Virus record (IMG/VR): IMGVR_UViG_3300005758_000413
Location: 1 to 32,597 of that record
Source of the DNA: a virus
Lineage: Duplodnaviria; Caudoviricetes
Direction: 5' to 3' (one strand)
DNA: 32,597 nt
The notes under the pieces are model-generated. The model had not been told where the DNA came from and searched no databases. It worked only from the letters and a program-made list of their open reading frames with translations. Both the position numbers and the translations under genes were made by a program. The stretch's first letter is position 1, and each line of letters begins with the position of its first letter. This document shows positions 1 to 7,585 of this stretch, piece by piece.

Positions 1-31
1 GTTTTGAAGCGGCCTTCTTTTTACTTTTGAT

Positions 32-391
32 CTACCCCTCCCCACCTTCTTTCAACGACAGAACACCAGATTCACGTGATGCGTTCTTCTGCGTGTTCCA
101 TGGGTGCGAAGGATCAAGAGGCAAACCATCTTCGCCCGCGCCCGGTGCGTGCCCGTAACGTTCTTCGATCTGTTTGTCCTTTGAGTGGTGCGTGTGACAA
201 AGCGTCTGCAAGTTGGCTGGATCAGTGAAGAGTCCCATGTTTCCCTTGTGAGGCTTCTTGTGGTCAACCGTGTTCCCTGGAACCAACAAGCCGCACTCCA
301 TGCACTTGACGCAGAAGGGGTTCTGCCGTAGGTGTGATCGGCGCAGCTTCTTCCATGTGGTCAGTTGATACAGATGTGTGAATTTGCCCAT
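32..391 (-). CDS. HNH endonuclease, packaging-associated (HK97 gp74-like)
   Basis: Motifs W..LR..HL..NPFCVKC ... TVDHKKPHKG....F.DPANLQTLC..HHS.DKQ. Start placed at ATG 391, which overlaps the TGA of the upstream ORF; the track's 421 start is a longer alternative. Confidence 0.9.
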   Translation of the reverse strand: MGKFTHLYQLTTWKKLRRSHLRQNPFCVKCMECGLLVPGNTVDHKKPHKGNMGLFTDPANLQTLCHTHHSKDKQIEERYGHAPGAGEDGLPLDPSHPWNTQKNASRESGVLSLKEGGEG

Positions 392-621
392 CAAGCGGCC
401 CTCCCCCGGTGTGCTGGACATCTACGTGTTTGAAAAGACTTGGACTGGTCAAACGATGTGACGTTGCGTGGGGTGCGCACTTCAAAAGCTGCGCCGCAGT
501 CAAAGCACTTACCCGACCAGATTTTCAAAACCGTTGCGGTTCCATCCGTTCGTGTGTAGTCTTCAAAGCGTGTGAAGAAAAACTTGAGCGACTTGATGTG
601 TGGGTGCTGTACGTGTTCCAT
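391..621 (-). CDS. Small hypothetical protein with a CxxC motif (possible Zn ribbon)
   Basis: GGAG 8 nt before the ATG; TGATG coupling to the HNH gene; CFDC...C..H. Confidence 0.65.
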   Translation of the reverse strand: MEHVQHPHIKSLKFFFTRFEDYTRTDGTATVLKIWSGKCFDCGAAFEVRTPRNVTSFDQSKSFQTRRCPAHRGRAA

Positions 622-690
622 TCAATGGACTCCAGTAAAACCGTATGAAGGCGACACCGAGGGTATCGTCCGTTGATGATCACCGTGTTG

Positions 691-713
691 ACAGAAAACC
701 GGGGAGCCCGGTT
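691..713 (-). terminator. Weak intrinsic terminator downstream of the primase gene and repeat cluster
   Basis: AACCGGG-CTC-CCCGGTT followed by TTCTGT on the - strand. Confidence 0.4.
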
Positions 714-723
714 GACTGAAGAT

Positions 724-915
724 TTCCAGGTGAGTACGAAGAAGATTATTAGAAGGGCAAAACTCGTACTCACCTGCATCCGGAGCAAATAGAGACCTTG
801 GCGAGTGTAGGTGAGTAGTGAGTACGCCCTTATATTTTATATAGGGCGTACTCGTACTCACCAGTACAAGTGAGTACGTACTCACCTCGTACTCACTCGT
901 ACTCACCTGGAACAC
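724..915. repeat. Cluster of (TC)GTACTCAC direct and inverted repeats around an AT-only loop; candidate replication origin
   Basis: About 9 GTACTC/GAGTA(C) units in both orientations. Near-perfect inverted repeat 810-830/843-862 around TATATTTTATAT; perfect palindrome GTGAGTACGTACTCAC at 870-885; abuts the primase stop codon. Confidence 0.8.
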
Positions 916-916
916 A

Positions 917-3124
917 TTAGGAAAAATCACGAGGTTTTCCTTTCTTTTTGTCCACTGCCTTGCGCTCGCGCTCCCGAGCACGGAACCATTCCTTGCCATC
1001 GTGCGCGACCTTGTAAAACTGGATACGGTTTGGTCCAGCCTCGCCCTCAATCCAGCCATTGTCCTGACAGTACTTGACAACATCCTTGAACAAACTGTAT
1101 CGAATGCCCGTGCCAGTGCGGATCATGTTGGTGCTGGCCAAGCCGTCATCCTGGTCAAGCAACCATCCAACGACCGTGTACGCCTTGGCGTCCAAGGTGG
1201 CTGTCTTTTGGCGTGCTTTGGCTTCCTCGTCACGCTCTTGCGCCTCTTGCGGGCTCAGCGGTGTGATGTCCTCACGTGGGATAAGGAGCGGCCCTTTGCG
1301 CTCAAACATCACCGAGCCCATGCTTGCGCTGTAATTGTGCTTGACGTGTTTGAACATCGCGTACTTGCTGACCGTGGCGTGGTCACTGGTGAGCCCGTAC
1401 CGTGCAGCGTCTTTGGGTGGCATGGACACCATGACAGCCACCGAGCGTGAATTGTCAGCAAAGCTGGACGCACCACGTAGCGAGCCCTGATTGATCTCTT
1501 CCAGCGTTGCCCACTGCGCCGTCTTGTGCATGTGGTGCAACACGATGACAGCGCAGTTGCCCGCCTTGGCGATGTATGTCAGCGTCTGCATGTAAAGCGC
1601 CATATCGCCCGGGCTTGATTCTTCTAGATTGTGCGTGTAGACAACGGGGTCAACGCATATCACCTTCAACTTGGCGTGCCGTATGAACCCAATGAGCCAC
1701 TCCACCCGGGCCGTGCGCTCTGGTGCGCTGCGTTGGTCAAACTTGGACATTAGGAGCCAGTTGATAGCGTCATCATCGGCTGCGTAGAGCATCAGGTTTT
1801 GCCGCAGTGCGCCATCAATGTCATAGAGCATGCCGCCCATCCCATCGTCAGCGTCTTTCAGGGCCGTGGCCAAGCGGTGGACACGTTTGTGGAGTTCCAG
1901 CGTGTCATCCTCGTAGGACACGTACAGGCCACGCATAGGGCCAGTCACGGTAAAGCCGCCCCAACTGTTGCCCAGTGCGCCATGGACAAGCAAGTGGAGC
2001 ATCAGCATGGACTTGGACACGCCACCCGGGCCAGCCAAGACCGTGACCTTACCCACGGGCGCAAACTTGTCCCAGGCAAACTCGCGCTCCTCGGGCAATG
2101 TCTGCAGGTAGCGGCCGATGCTGGCCTTCTGCTGGAAGCTGTCGTAGTCTTCCATGGCCGTGGCGGTGTCTGCGTTTTCCTCAGACTTGGGCAAGTGCCC
2201 AGCCTCGCGCAACCAGTTGACGAGCGTTTTGTAGGTGAGGTGAGGATGTCCGTTGACGTCCGGCTCGGTGTCAAAGCACTTCACGGCCGGACGCGGGTTG
2301 CCGTCGTGGTGCGCTTCGTAGTAGACCGTCTGAGTGTCGTTCTCGTTGCCGTGTTGTTCCACGAAGGGGCACGTGATGAAGTGCTTGCCGGGGTGGCGGG
2401 GGTCTTCCTTCAGGTACAGTCCTGCACGTCGCAGCGCAACCAACACGGGATCAGTCTTGCCGTCAGGGATGTCCGCTGGCCCGGTGCGCTCTTTGTCTTG
2501 CGCGTCCACGTTGTAAACCACGCGCCACGCTTTGCCGGGTCCGGTGTAGCCTTCCCAGAACACCCCATCGCGCAGCTTCGCGGGAAGGTACATGGGCTGA
2601 CTGAGTACCCATGACTCGGGCGTACACCACGGGCCGAGCCCCAGCTTCTTGGCCGCAGCCTGCGTCGTGGCACGCATGACGGGTTCCGTTAGGTCATCGC
2701 CTTCAATGGGCACGCCCACGGGCAAGACCACACGGTAGCGGGGCGCATCAGGGGTGTGTGACAAACTGGTGTAGACCCAGCCCTCAGCGCCGAGCCCTTC
2801 CAGCATGTCAAACACGTCTTGCGGGGCCGGGGGCGGGTCTTGGCCATCTTGGGCCTCAATGTCAAGCGTCAGCAAGGTGCGGGCCTGCACATTGGTGTCG
2901 TGCCGTTTGCCGTCAATCACGCCGCCCACAAAGTAGGGCAGTGACTTCTTCACGTCGCCACGCACGCGCTTCGGTGCGGTGTGGTATTCCTTGGAGGTCT
3001 TCTCGAGCGTTACGGGCTTCTTGAAACGGTCACGCAAGTCCGCCAGCGTTTCCTCGGCTCCGCTTGCCGTTGTCCGTGTGTTGAGCACGCCCCGAGCGTA
3101 CGAATAGGGGGTAAGTGTTGCCAT
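917..3124 (-). CDS. Primase-helicase: N-terminal prim-pol-like domain, Zn-binding segment, RepA/AAA_25 helicase, C-terminal winged-helix-like region
   Basis: LDIE and YTSLSH...PRYRVVLP primase motifs; CPF..QH...CF; Walker A GPGGVSKS; YVSYED; ICVDP; LHHMHK; LRGASSF. Alternative start at 3172. Confidence 0.88.
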   Translation of the reverse strand: MATLTPYSYARGVLNTRTTASGAEETLADLRDRFKKPVTLEKTSKEYHTAPKRVRGDVKKSLPYFVGGVIDGKRHDTNVQARTLLTLDIEAQDGQDPPPAPQDVFDMLEGLGAEGWVYTSLSHTPDAPRYRVVLPVGVPIEGDDLTEPVMRATTQAAAKKLGLGPWCTPESWVLSQPMYLPAKLRDGVFWEGYTGPGKAWRVVYNVDAQDKERTGPADIPDGKTDPVLVALRRAGLYLKEDPRHPGKHFITCPFVEQHGNENDTQTVYYEAHHDGNPRPAVKCFDTEPDVNGHPHLTYKTLVNWLREAGHLPKSEENADTATAMEDYDSFQQKASIGRYLQTLPEEREFAWDKFAPVGKVTVLAGPGGVSKSMLMLHLLVHGALGNSWGGFTVTGPMRGLYVSYEDDTLELHKRVHRLATALKDADDGMGGMLYDIDGALRQNLMLYAADDDAINWLLMSKFDQRSAPERTARVEWLIGFIRHAKLKVICVDPVVYTHNLEESSPGDMALYMQTLTYIAKAGNCAVIVLHHMHKTAQWATLEEINQGSLRGASSFADNSRSVAVMVSMPPKDAARYGLTSDHATVSKYAMFKHVKHNYSASMGSVMFERKGPLLIPREDITPLSPQEAQERDEEAKARQKTATLDAKAYTVVGWLLDQDDGLASTNMIRTGTGIRYSLFKDVVKYCQDNGWIEGEAGPNRIQFYKVAHDGKEWFRARERERKAVDKKKGKPRDFS

Positions 3125-3199
3125 CTTAAGAGTGTTCCATTTGAATGAGTGTGGTTTGTGTGGGCTTGTCATTGTGCCGGGTTGGTACGCAAGGGGCTG

Positions 3200-3228
3200 T
3201 CGTACTCACTCGTACTCACTTGGAACAC
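3200..3228 (+). repeat. Second copy of the 29-bp repeat unit (matches 887-915)
   Basis: TCGTACTCACTCGTACTCACTTGGAACAC versus TCGTACTCACTCGTACTCACCTGGAACAC, 28/29 identical. Confidence 0.92.
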
Positions 3229-3274
3229 CCGGGCCGAAACCGATGGTAGCTCCCCGAGTGGTACAGTTGCCCCC

Positions 3275-3416
3275 GGTGTTGCCCGTTTGGCGGTGGCGCA
3301 GTCTCCTTCCTGAGTGGTGTGGTTTTACCTATGGGTTCAGCCACTTTCCAAGCGGGCAACACCAACTCCCCTTGATCTTTACCCCCGCGCTGGCAACGGT
3401 TCGGGGGTTTTCTTTT
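3275..3416 (+). ncRNA. Candidate ~140-nt structured small RNA
   Basis: Extended -10 TGgTACAGT at 3259-3267; 16-bp stem 3275-3290/3348-3363 with a G-U pair; ends in a GCAA-loop terminator. Confidence 0.5.
3381..3416 (+). terminator. Rho-independent terminator
   Basis: ACCCCCG-c-GCTG-GCAA-CGGT-t-CGGGGGT followed by TTTCTTTT. Confidence 0.8.
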
Positions 3417-3437
3417 GATTGTTGGTTTCATGCAACG

Positions 3438-3536
3438 GTGAAGAATATTCTTGCGCGTGTGAAGAAAGTTCTTGGACTCTTCTAAAAAGTCTTTGATACT
3501 TCATTCATACCGCAACCACTTCACAGGAGCACTCAA
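3438..3536 (+). promoter_or_regulatory. Early sigma70-like promoter cassette, copy 1, with tandem AAGAA-N2-TTCTT boxes and RBS
   Basis: TTGGAC (3472-3477), 17 bp, GATACT (3495-3500); CAGGAG RBS; near copy at 18573-18644. Confidence 0.8.
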
Positions 3537-3734
3537 ATGACAGCAACATTCGTAGATAAAAAGATTGTTCACATGGGCCAAGTTTGGCGCGTTGTATCCG
3601 TTGGCTCCCAACGTGGTGGAAACACCTTCTGCCACTTGGCCAGCTTGACAAACGGCAAGCGTCAGAAAAATGGCTGGGTCCCAGTTCAGATCAACGACTG
3701 GGTTGACACCGAAGTTCTAAAAGCCGCCAAGTAA
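3537..3734 (+). CDS. Small early hypothetical protein
   Basis: Strong AGGAG RBS; first gene after the promoter. Confidence 0.8.
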   Translation: MTATFVDKKIVHMGQVWRVVSVGSQRGGNTFCHLASLTNGKRQKNGWVPVQINDWVDTEVLKAAK

Positions 3735-3763
3735 TCCCACCAACACCACTCAGGAGCACTCAA

Positions 3764-4102
3764 ATGACCAAAGCAATCACCCGCAACACTGCTCAGGTTT
3801 CAGGCATCTGGCTGAAGCCCGAATACTGCGCAACCGAGGAGGCCGTGTTCGAAGCCGCTTTCAATGGCGTGCGTCGTCGCCCGGTCATGGCCCGCACCGA
3901 CAAGGGCGAGCTCGTGGTTTGCTGCTCACGCACGGCCAAGAAGAAAGGCTGGGTCATCGAGGGCCGTTTGTTCGGCAAGGTGGTCGAGGAGTCCGCCGCA
4001 ACCCCTGCACCTGCGCCAGCAAAGCCCGCAGCCAAAGCCCAGCCAAAGACAGCCGCCAAGCGTGCGAAGCGTCTGGCATCGTTGGAAGAAATGCTCGGCT
4101 GA
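3764..4102 (+). CDS. Hypothetical protein with an Ala/Lys/Pro-rich C-terminus
   Basis: Strong AGGAG RBS; codon usage typical of the operon; ends in LEEMLG. Confidence 0.8.
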   Translation: MTKAITRNTAQVSGIWLKPEYCATEEAVFEAAFNGVRRRPVMARTDKGELVVCCSRTAKKKGWVIEGRLFGKVVEESAATPAPAPAKPAAKAQPKTAAKRAKRLASLEEMLG

Positions 4103-4177
4103 CCTCATGCTGGTTTGGGGGCATAATTGCCCCCGGGCCTACACCCACCCCACCCACCACACTAGAAGGAAACCAAG

Positions 4178-5098
4178 ATGGCCAAAACGCCGCTCGCCGC
4201 ACTCGCTGGAGTGCCAGACTACGAACAACACCCACTCGCCGCATCGCTGATGCCCGGTGGCATGTCAACTGAAGAGTTTGACGCATTCGCTGAGGATGTT
4301 GCCGCCCGTGGCATCATCTACCCCATCACAATCTTTGAGGGCAAAGTGCTGGACGGGTGGCACCGCTATCGGGCCGCAGTGCGTACGGGCAGCGCCCTCA
4401 AGACGCAAGAGTACTCAGGCACGGATCCAGCCGGGTACATCGCCGCATGTAACGTCCTGCGCCGCAAGTTGTCAAGCCTGCAACGTGCCCTCGTTGGTGC
4501 GAAGCTGCACCTGGAACACGCCGTGACCCAGCGTGACGTCTGCCGCCGTTTGGGCATTTCCAACACGGTGCTGAGCATGGTGCTCAAGGTGATTGACAGC
4601 CGCAACGCCAAGATCATCAAGCGCATCGAAACGGACAGCGATTACACCCGGGGCATGTTGCGCGAAGACCTGGAAGATGCGGGCCTTGTCCATGCCAACT
4701 ACGGGCGCAAGACTGACGAGGTTGATGCTGACGAGGACGATATGGAGTTCACCGAGCGTGCAGCGGGTCCAGGCAAGGCGGTCGCGAACAGTGTGTTTGA
4801 CATGGCCCGCGCTACGGGTGCTGACGAGCTTGATGAAGACCTCATCGGTGACGATGCGCCGTTGCCCACGGTTGGCAAGAAAGCAAGCCACCCCGAGCGC
4901 CGCACCAAAGACACGCCCGCGCAACGCATGCAAGAACACTTTCGTGAGCTGATGTACGATGAAAAAGCCACATTCATCCAGATGGTGTGGGCAGACCTGC
5001 GCCCCATCGCTGAAGAACTGGGCTTGCCCGGTTTGGTCAACACCGACGTGACAAGCAAAGCCATCAGCAAGGCCAGCAAGGCACGCGCCAAGGCGTAA
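4178..5098 (+). CDS. ParB/Srx-like N-terminal domain protein with HTH
   Basis: HPLA..MP.MS.EEF..F.EDV...G...PI....GKVLDGWHRYRA, N..RR.LS..QRA, then HTH-like TQRDVCRRLGISNTVLS. Confidence 0.8.
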   Translation: MAKTPLAALAGVPDYEQHPLAASLMPGGMSTEEFDAFAEDVAARGIIYPITIFEGKVLDGWHRYRAAVRTGSALKTQEYSGTDPAGYIAACNVLRRKLSSLQRALVGAKLHLEHAVTQRDVCRRLGISNTVLSMVLKVIDSRNAKIIKRIETDSDYTRGMLREDLEDAGLVHANYGRKTDEVDADEDDMEFTERAAGPGKAVANSVFDMARATGADELDEDLIGDDAPLPTVGKKASHPERRTKDTPAQRMQEHFRELMYDEKATFIQMVWADLRPIAEELGLPGLVNTDVTSKAISKASKARAKA

Positions 5099-5161
5099 AG
5101 AATAACCCGTAGTCCGCCCGGGTTCCAATGGCGGGCAACTCAAAACCACTTAGGAGTCACT

Positions 5162-5821
5162 ATGACCAAAGCACTGAACGTCGCAAAACTTGCGGAACAA
5201 TTCGACCAACTCGCCGAGCTGATGCTGGCCATCAGCGGGACCTTTCGGGGTGGCGCAAGCGATAGCGATGAGGCTGCTGGAGATGCAAAGCCTAGCCGCA
5301 AAGTACGAGCCGCAGCCCCCGCAGATGACGAGCCTGCTGAAAAGCCTGCACGCCGTAGTCGCAAGCCCGCAGCCGTCGAAGAGGGCGCGGAAGACACGCA
5401 CACGGAAGACCAAGTTCGCGCCGCACTGAAGGAGCTCGCCTCTGTAAAGGGCAAGGACGCTATGGCCGAAGCGTTGGCCAGCGTTGGAGCGGGCCGCTTG
5501 CCTGACGTTGATGAAAACGACTACGGGGTGTTGATGAAAGCCGTGAAGGAAGCCATGGAAGCTGAGGAAGAGGAAGAAAAGCCCGCCGCCAAGTCCAAGG
5601 CCAAGCCAAAGGCCAAAGTCAAGGAAATCGACTTCGACGACGTGAAGGAAAAGTTCACGCAACTGGTTGAGACTGACAAAGCCGCAGCCAAGAAGGTGCT
5701 CAAAGCTGCGGGCGTGGCCAAGCTGAGCGAAGTTGACACCGACGACGCTGACGCCGTTGCCGAGTTGGCCAAGGCTATCGATGAAGCCCTGGAAAACGCC
5801 GATGACGACTTGGTCGGCTGA
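5162..5821 (+). CDS. Acidic Ala/Glu/Lys-rich protein with two helical repeats, of the type found upstream of DUF2800 genes
   Basis: GGAG RBS; repeats DQVRAALKEL...ALASVGAGRLPDVD and DDVKEKFTQL...VLKAAGVAKLSEVD. Confidence 0.75.
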   Translation: MTKALNVAKLAEQFDQLAELMLAISGTFRGGASDSDEAAGDAKPSRKVRAAAPADDEPAEKPARRSRKPAAVEEGAEDTHTEDQVRAALKELASVKGKDAMAEALASVGAGRLPDVDENDYGVLMKAVKEAMEAEEEEEKPAAKSKAKPKAKVKEIDFDDVKEKFTQLVETDKAAAKKVLKAAGVAKLSEVDTDDADAVAELAKAIDEALENADDDLVG

Positions 5822-5846
5822 CACTAAAACAAACGACTAGACACTC

Positions 5847-5868
5847 CGGGGGCTTCGGCCCCCGTTTT
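5847..5868 (+). terminator. Rho-independent terminator
   Basis: CGGGGGC-TTCG-GCCCCCG-TTTT (cUUCGg loop). Confidence 0.8.
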
Positions 5869-5882
5869 CATCGGAGAACACC

Positions 5883-6338
5883 ATGTCAAAGAAAAGCCGC
5901 CGGGTACGATCAAACCCTGTCGGGGCACTGTACGCACGCCAGAACCTGCGCAAGACCGCGCTGGACTGCAAGCTGCGCATCTACCTGACAGCCCACGGTG
6001 AAGAAGCCGTTGACTTGCTGGCCGACTTGGCCATCATCCTGGGCACCTGCGCTGAAGCGGGCCGCATGATGGTTGGTGGCGAGGCGTGGGTCAAGATGCT
6101 GCACTCTGGGCTCCGTAACATCCAGGCGATGTGCCTCAATGGGTATCGGTGGTCGGCTGCGCCTGCGCCGTACCTTGACGCCTGCCTAGACACGGTGGAG
6201 GCCCGCATGATGCTCATTCCGTTGCCCGAACTGGTGGTCGCGCATAGCGCCGCGCATTGGCTGGGCCGCGCAGTGCGTGGACGTGCAGTCACGGAAGACA
6301 TGATTGCCGGAGCCGAAGCATGGTCACCAAAAAGATAA
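5883..6338 (+). CDS. Hypothetical protein
   Basis: GGAG RBS; fits operon packing. Confidence 0.7.
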   Translation: MSKKSRRVRSNPVGALYARQNLRKTALDCKLRIYLTAHGEEAVDLLADLAIILGTCAEAGRMMVGGEAWVKMLHSGLRNIQAMCLNGYRWSAAPAPYLDACLDTVEARMMLIPLPELVVAHSAAHWLGRAVRGRAVTEDMIAGAEAWSPKR

Positions 6339-6643
6339 AGCCCGGGCACCTGCGCCAACACGGGGAGATCCGTGCCGCATTGACGCAAGCCCTGCGGACA
6401 CATGGCGGCTTCATGTTTTATACCGAGCTCAAGGCCGCAGCGGGCAACCGCAACATCCAGACGACTCTGCGCCGCATGGTGGACGCCGGGTACGTTCAGT
6501 ATCAGCGCATCGCGCCCCGTGTGGGGGTGTACCGTTGGAATGACGGTGGCGTCTACCCCGTGTGGGTTGACACGCCCCCGCAACGCACGCCCGCAGCCCT
6601 GACTCGCTGGATGCCCTCTTCACCCTATGGAGCCAAGAAATGA
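6320..6643 (+). CDS. Hypothetical protein, possible winged-helix DNA-binding protein
   Basis: GGAG before ATG 6320; MFYTELKAAAG..NIQTTLRRMVDAGYV pattern; ATGA overlap with the next gene. Confidence 0.6.
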   Translation: MVTKKIKPGHLRQHGEIRAALTQALRTHGGFMFYTELKAAAGNRNIQTTLRRMVDAGYVQYQRIAPRVGVYRWNDGGVYPVWVDTPPQRTPAALTRWMPSSPYGAKK

Positions 6644-7359
6644 CAAATAAGACACTGACCCTGCTGACAACCACTGGCGAGCGCCCCGAAGCGTTTGCGC
6701 TGTGCGTGCAGTGGATGAACCGCCAAAACTACGACGGCCCGGTGTCGTGGATCATCGTGGATGATGGCCGCACCCCCGCCGATATCCAGCCCGTGCGCCA
6801 AGACTGGGAAATCATGCTGGTGCAGCCTGAGGACAAGTGGCAACCCGGGCAGAACACGCAAGGCCGCAACCTACGCGCCGGACTGCGTGCCGTGGGTCTG
6901 CTTATGAAACACCGCGAGATGAACCTAGTGATCATCGAGGATGACGATTGGTACGCCGCTGACTGGTTGACAACCGTTGCCTCTGAGCTTAACAATGCCG
7001 AGCTCGTGGGCGAAGGCTGGGCCAGATACTACAACGTGAAACACCAACGCGCCCGCAAGATGCTGAACGACAAGCATGCCAGCCTCTGCTCAACGGCCAT
7101 GCGTGACGGTGCGTTGAAACACTTCTACGAGGTTTGCCTGGACGGGGTGGACTTCATTGACGTGGACTTGTGGAAGGGTCAAGGCTTCACGCGCAAGCTG
7201 TTCGGCGGGCATCGTGTTGTCGGCATCAAGGGGCTCCCGGGCCGTGCTGGGATCGGCATGGGGCACTCCAGCAAGATGCAAGGCTACGCCGACATGGACA
7301 GCAAAATCTTGCGCGACTGGGTTGGCCAAGACGCTGACGCATACTTGCGATTCACTTGA
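6640..7359 (+). CDS. GT-A fold (GT2-like) glycosyltransferase
   Basis: LLTTTGERP..F..C...M..Q.Y....WIIVDDG and an intact DxD-type motif VIIEDDDWY. Confidence 0.85.
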   Translation: MTNKTLTLLTTTGERPEAFALCVQWMNRQNYDGPVSWIIVDDGRTPADIQPVRQDWEIMLVQPEDKWQPGQNTQGRNLRAGLRAVGLLMKHREMNLVIIEDDDWYAADWLTTVASELNNAELVGEGWARYYNVKHQRARKMLNDKHASLCSTAMRDGALKHFYEVCLDGVDFIDVDLWKGQGFTRKLFGGHRVVGIKGLPGRAGIGMGHSSKMQGYADMDSKILRDWVGQDADAYLRFT

Positions 7360-7369
7360 GGAGTACACC

Positions 7370-7585
7370 ATGCAAAAACGAACATCTCTACCGCCATCTC
7401 GTTTCCAGTGCTGGGGGGCCTGCCCCGCAGCATCTACACATGTGCCCACATTGACCAAAGAACAATTCCTGACCCAGTACGTGCTCGCCCGGGCCAACAG
7501 AGTTGAATCAGGGTTTTCTGGGGACTCCGCTGCTGAAACGGCTGTCAAGGCATGGGACATCATTCAAAAGGCTTGCCGCAAATGA
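7370..7585 (+). CDS. Small hypothetical protein
   Basis: GAGGAG RBS; ATGA overlap with the exonuclease gene. Confidence 0.65.
   Translation: MQKRTSLPPSRFQCWGACPAASTHVPTLTKEQFLTQYVLARANRVESGFSGDSAAETAVKAWDIIQKACRK

Noticed and set aside
724-915. Repeat cluster as a CRISPR array
   Set aside because: Units are 8-10 bp, occur in both orientations and lack regular spacers. The Cas4-like gene is the usual phage DUF2800 exonuclease.
4117-4134. Hairpin GGGGGCA-TAAT-TGCCCCC (and hairpins near 5112-5136 and 8740-8760) as N4-type promoters, tRNAs or terminators
   Set aside because: No phage RNA polymerase, no cloverleaf and no U tract; probably mRNA stability or processing hairpins.
4178-5098. Plasmid-prophage partition system or temperate lifestyle (PolA also has Leu at the 762-equivalent position)
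   Set aside because: No ParA, integrase, protelomerase or clear repressor in the window; lifestyle cannot be called.
5162-5821. Acidic protein as an Ocr-like DNA mimic
   Set aside because: It has mixed charge with many Lys residues and repeats typical of the gene upstream of DUF2800; nothing specifically supports mimicry.
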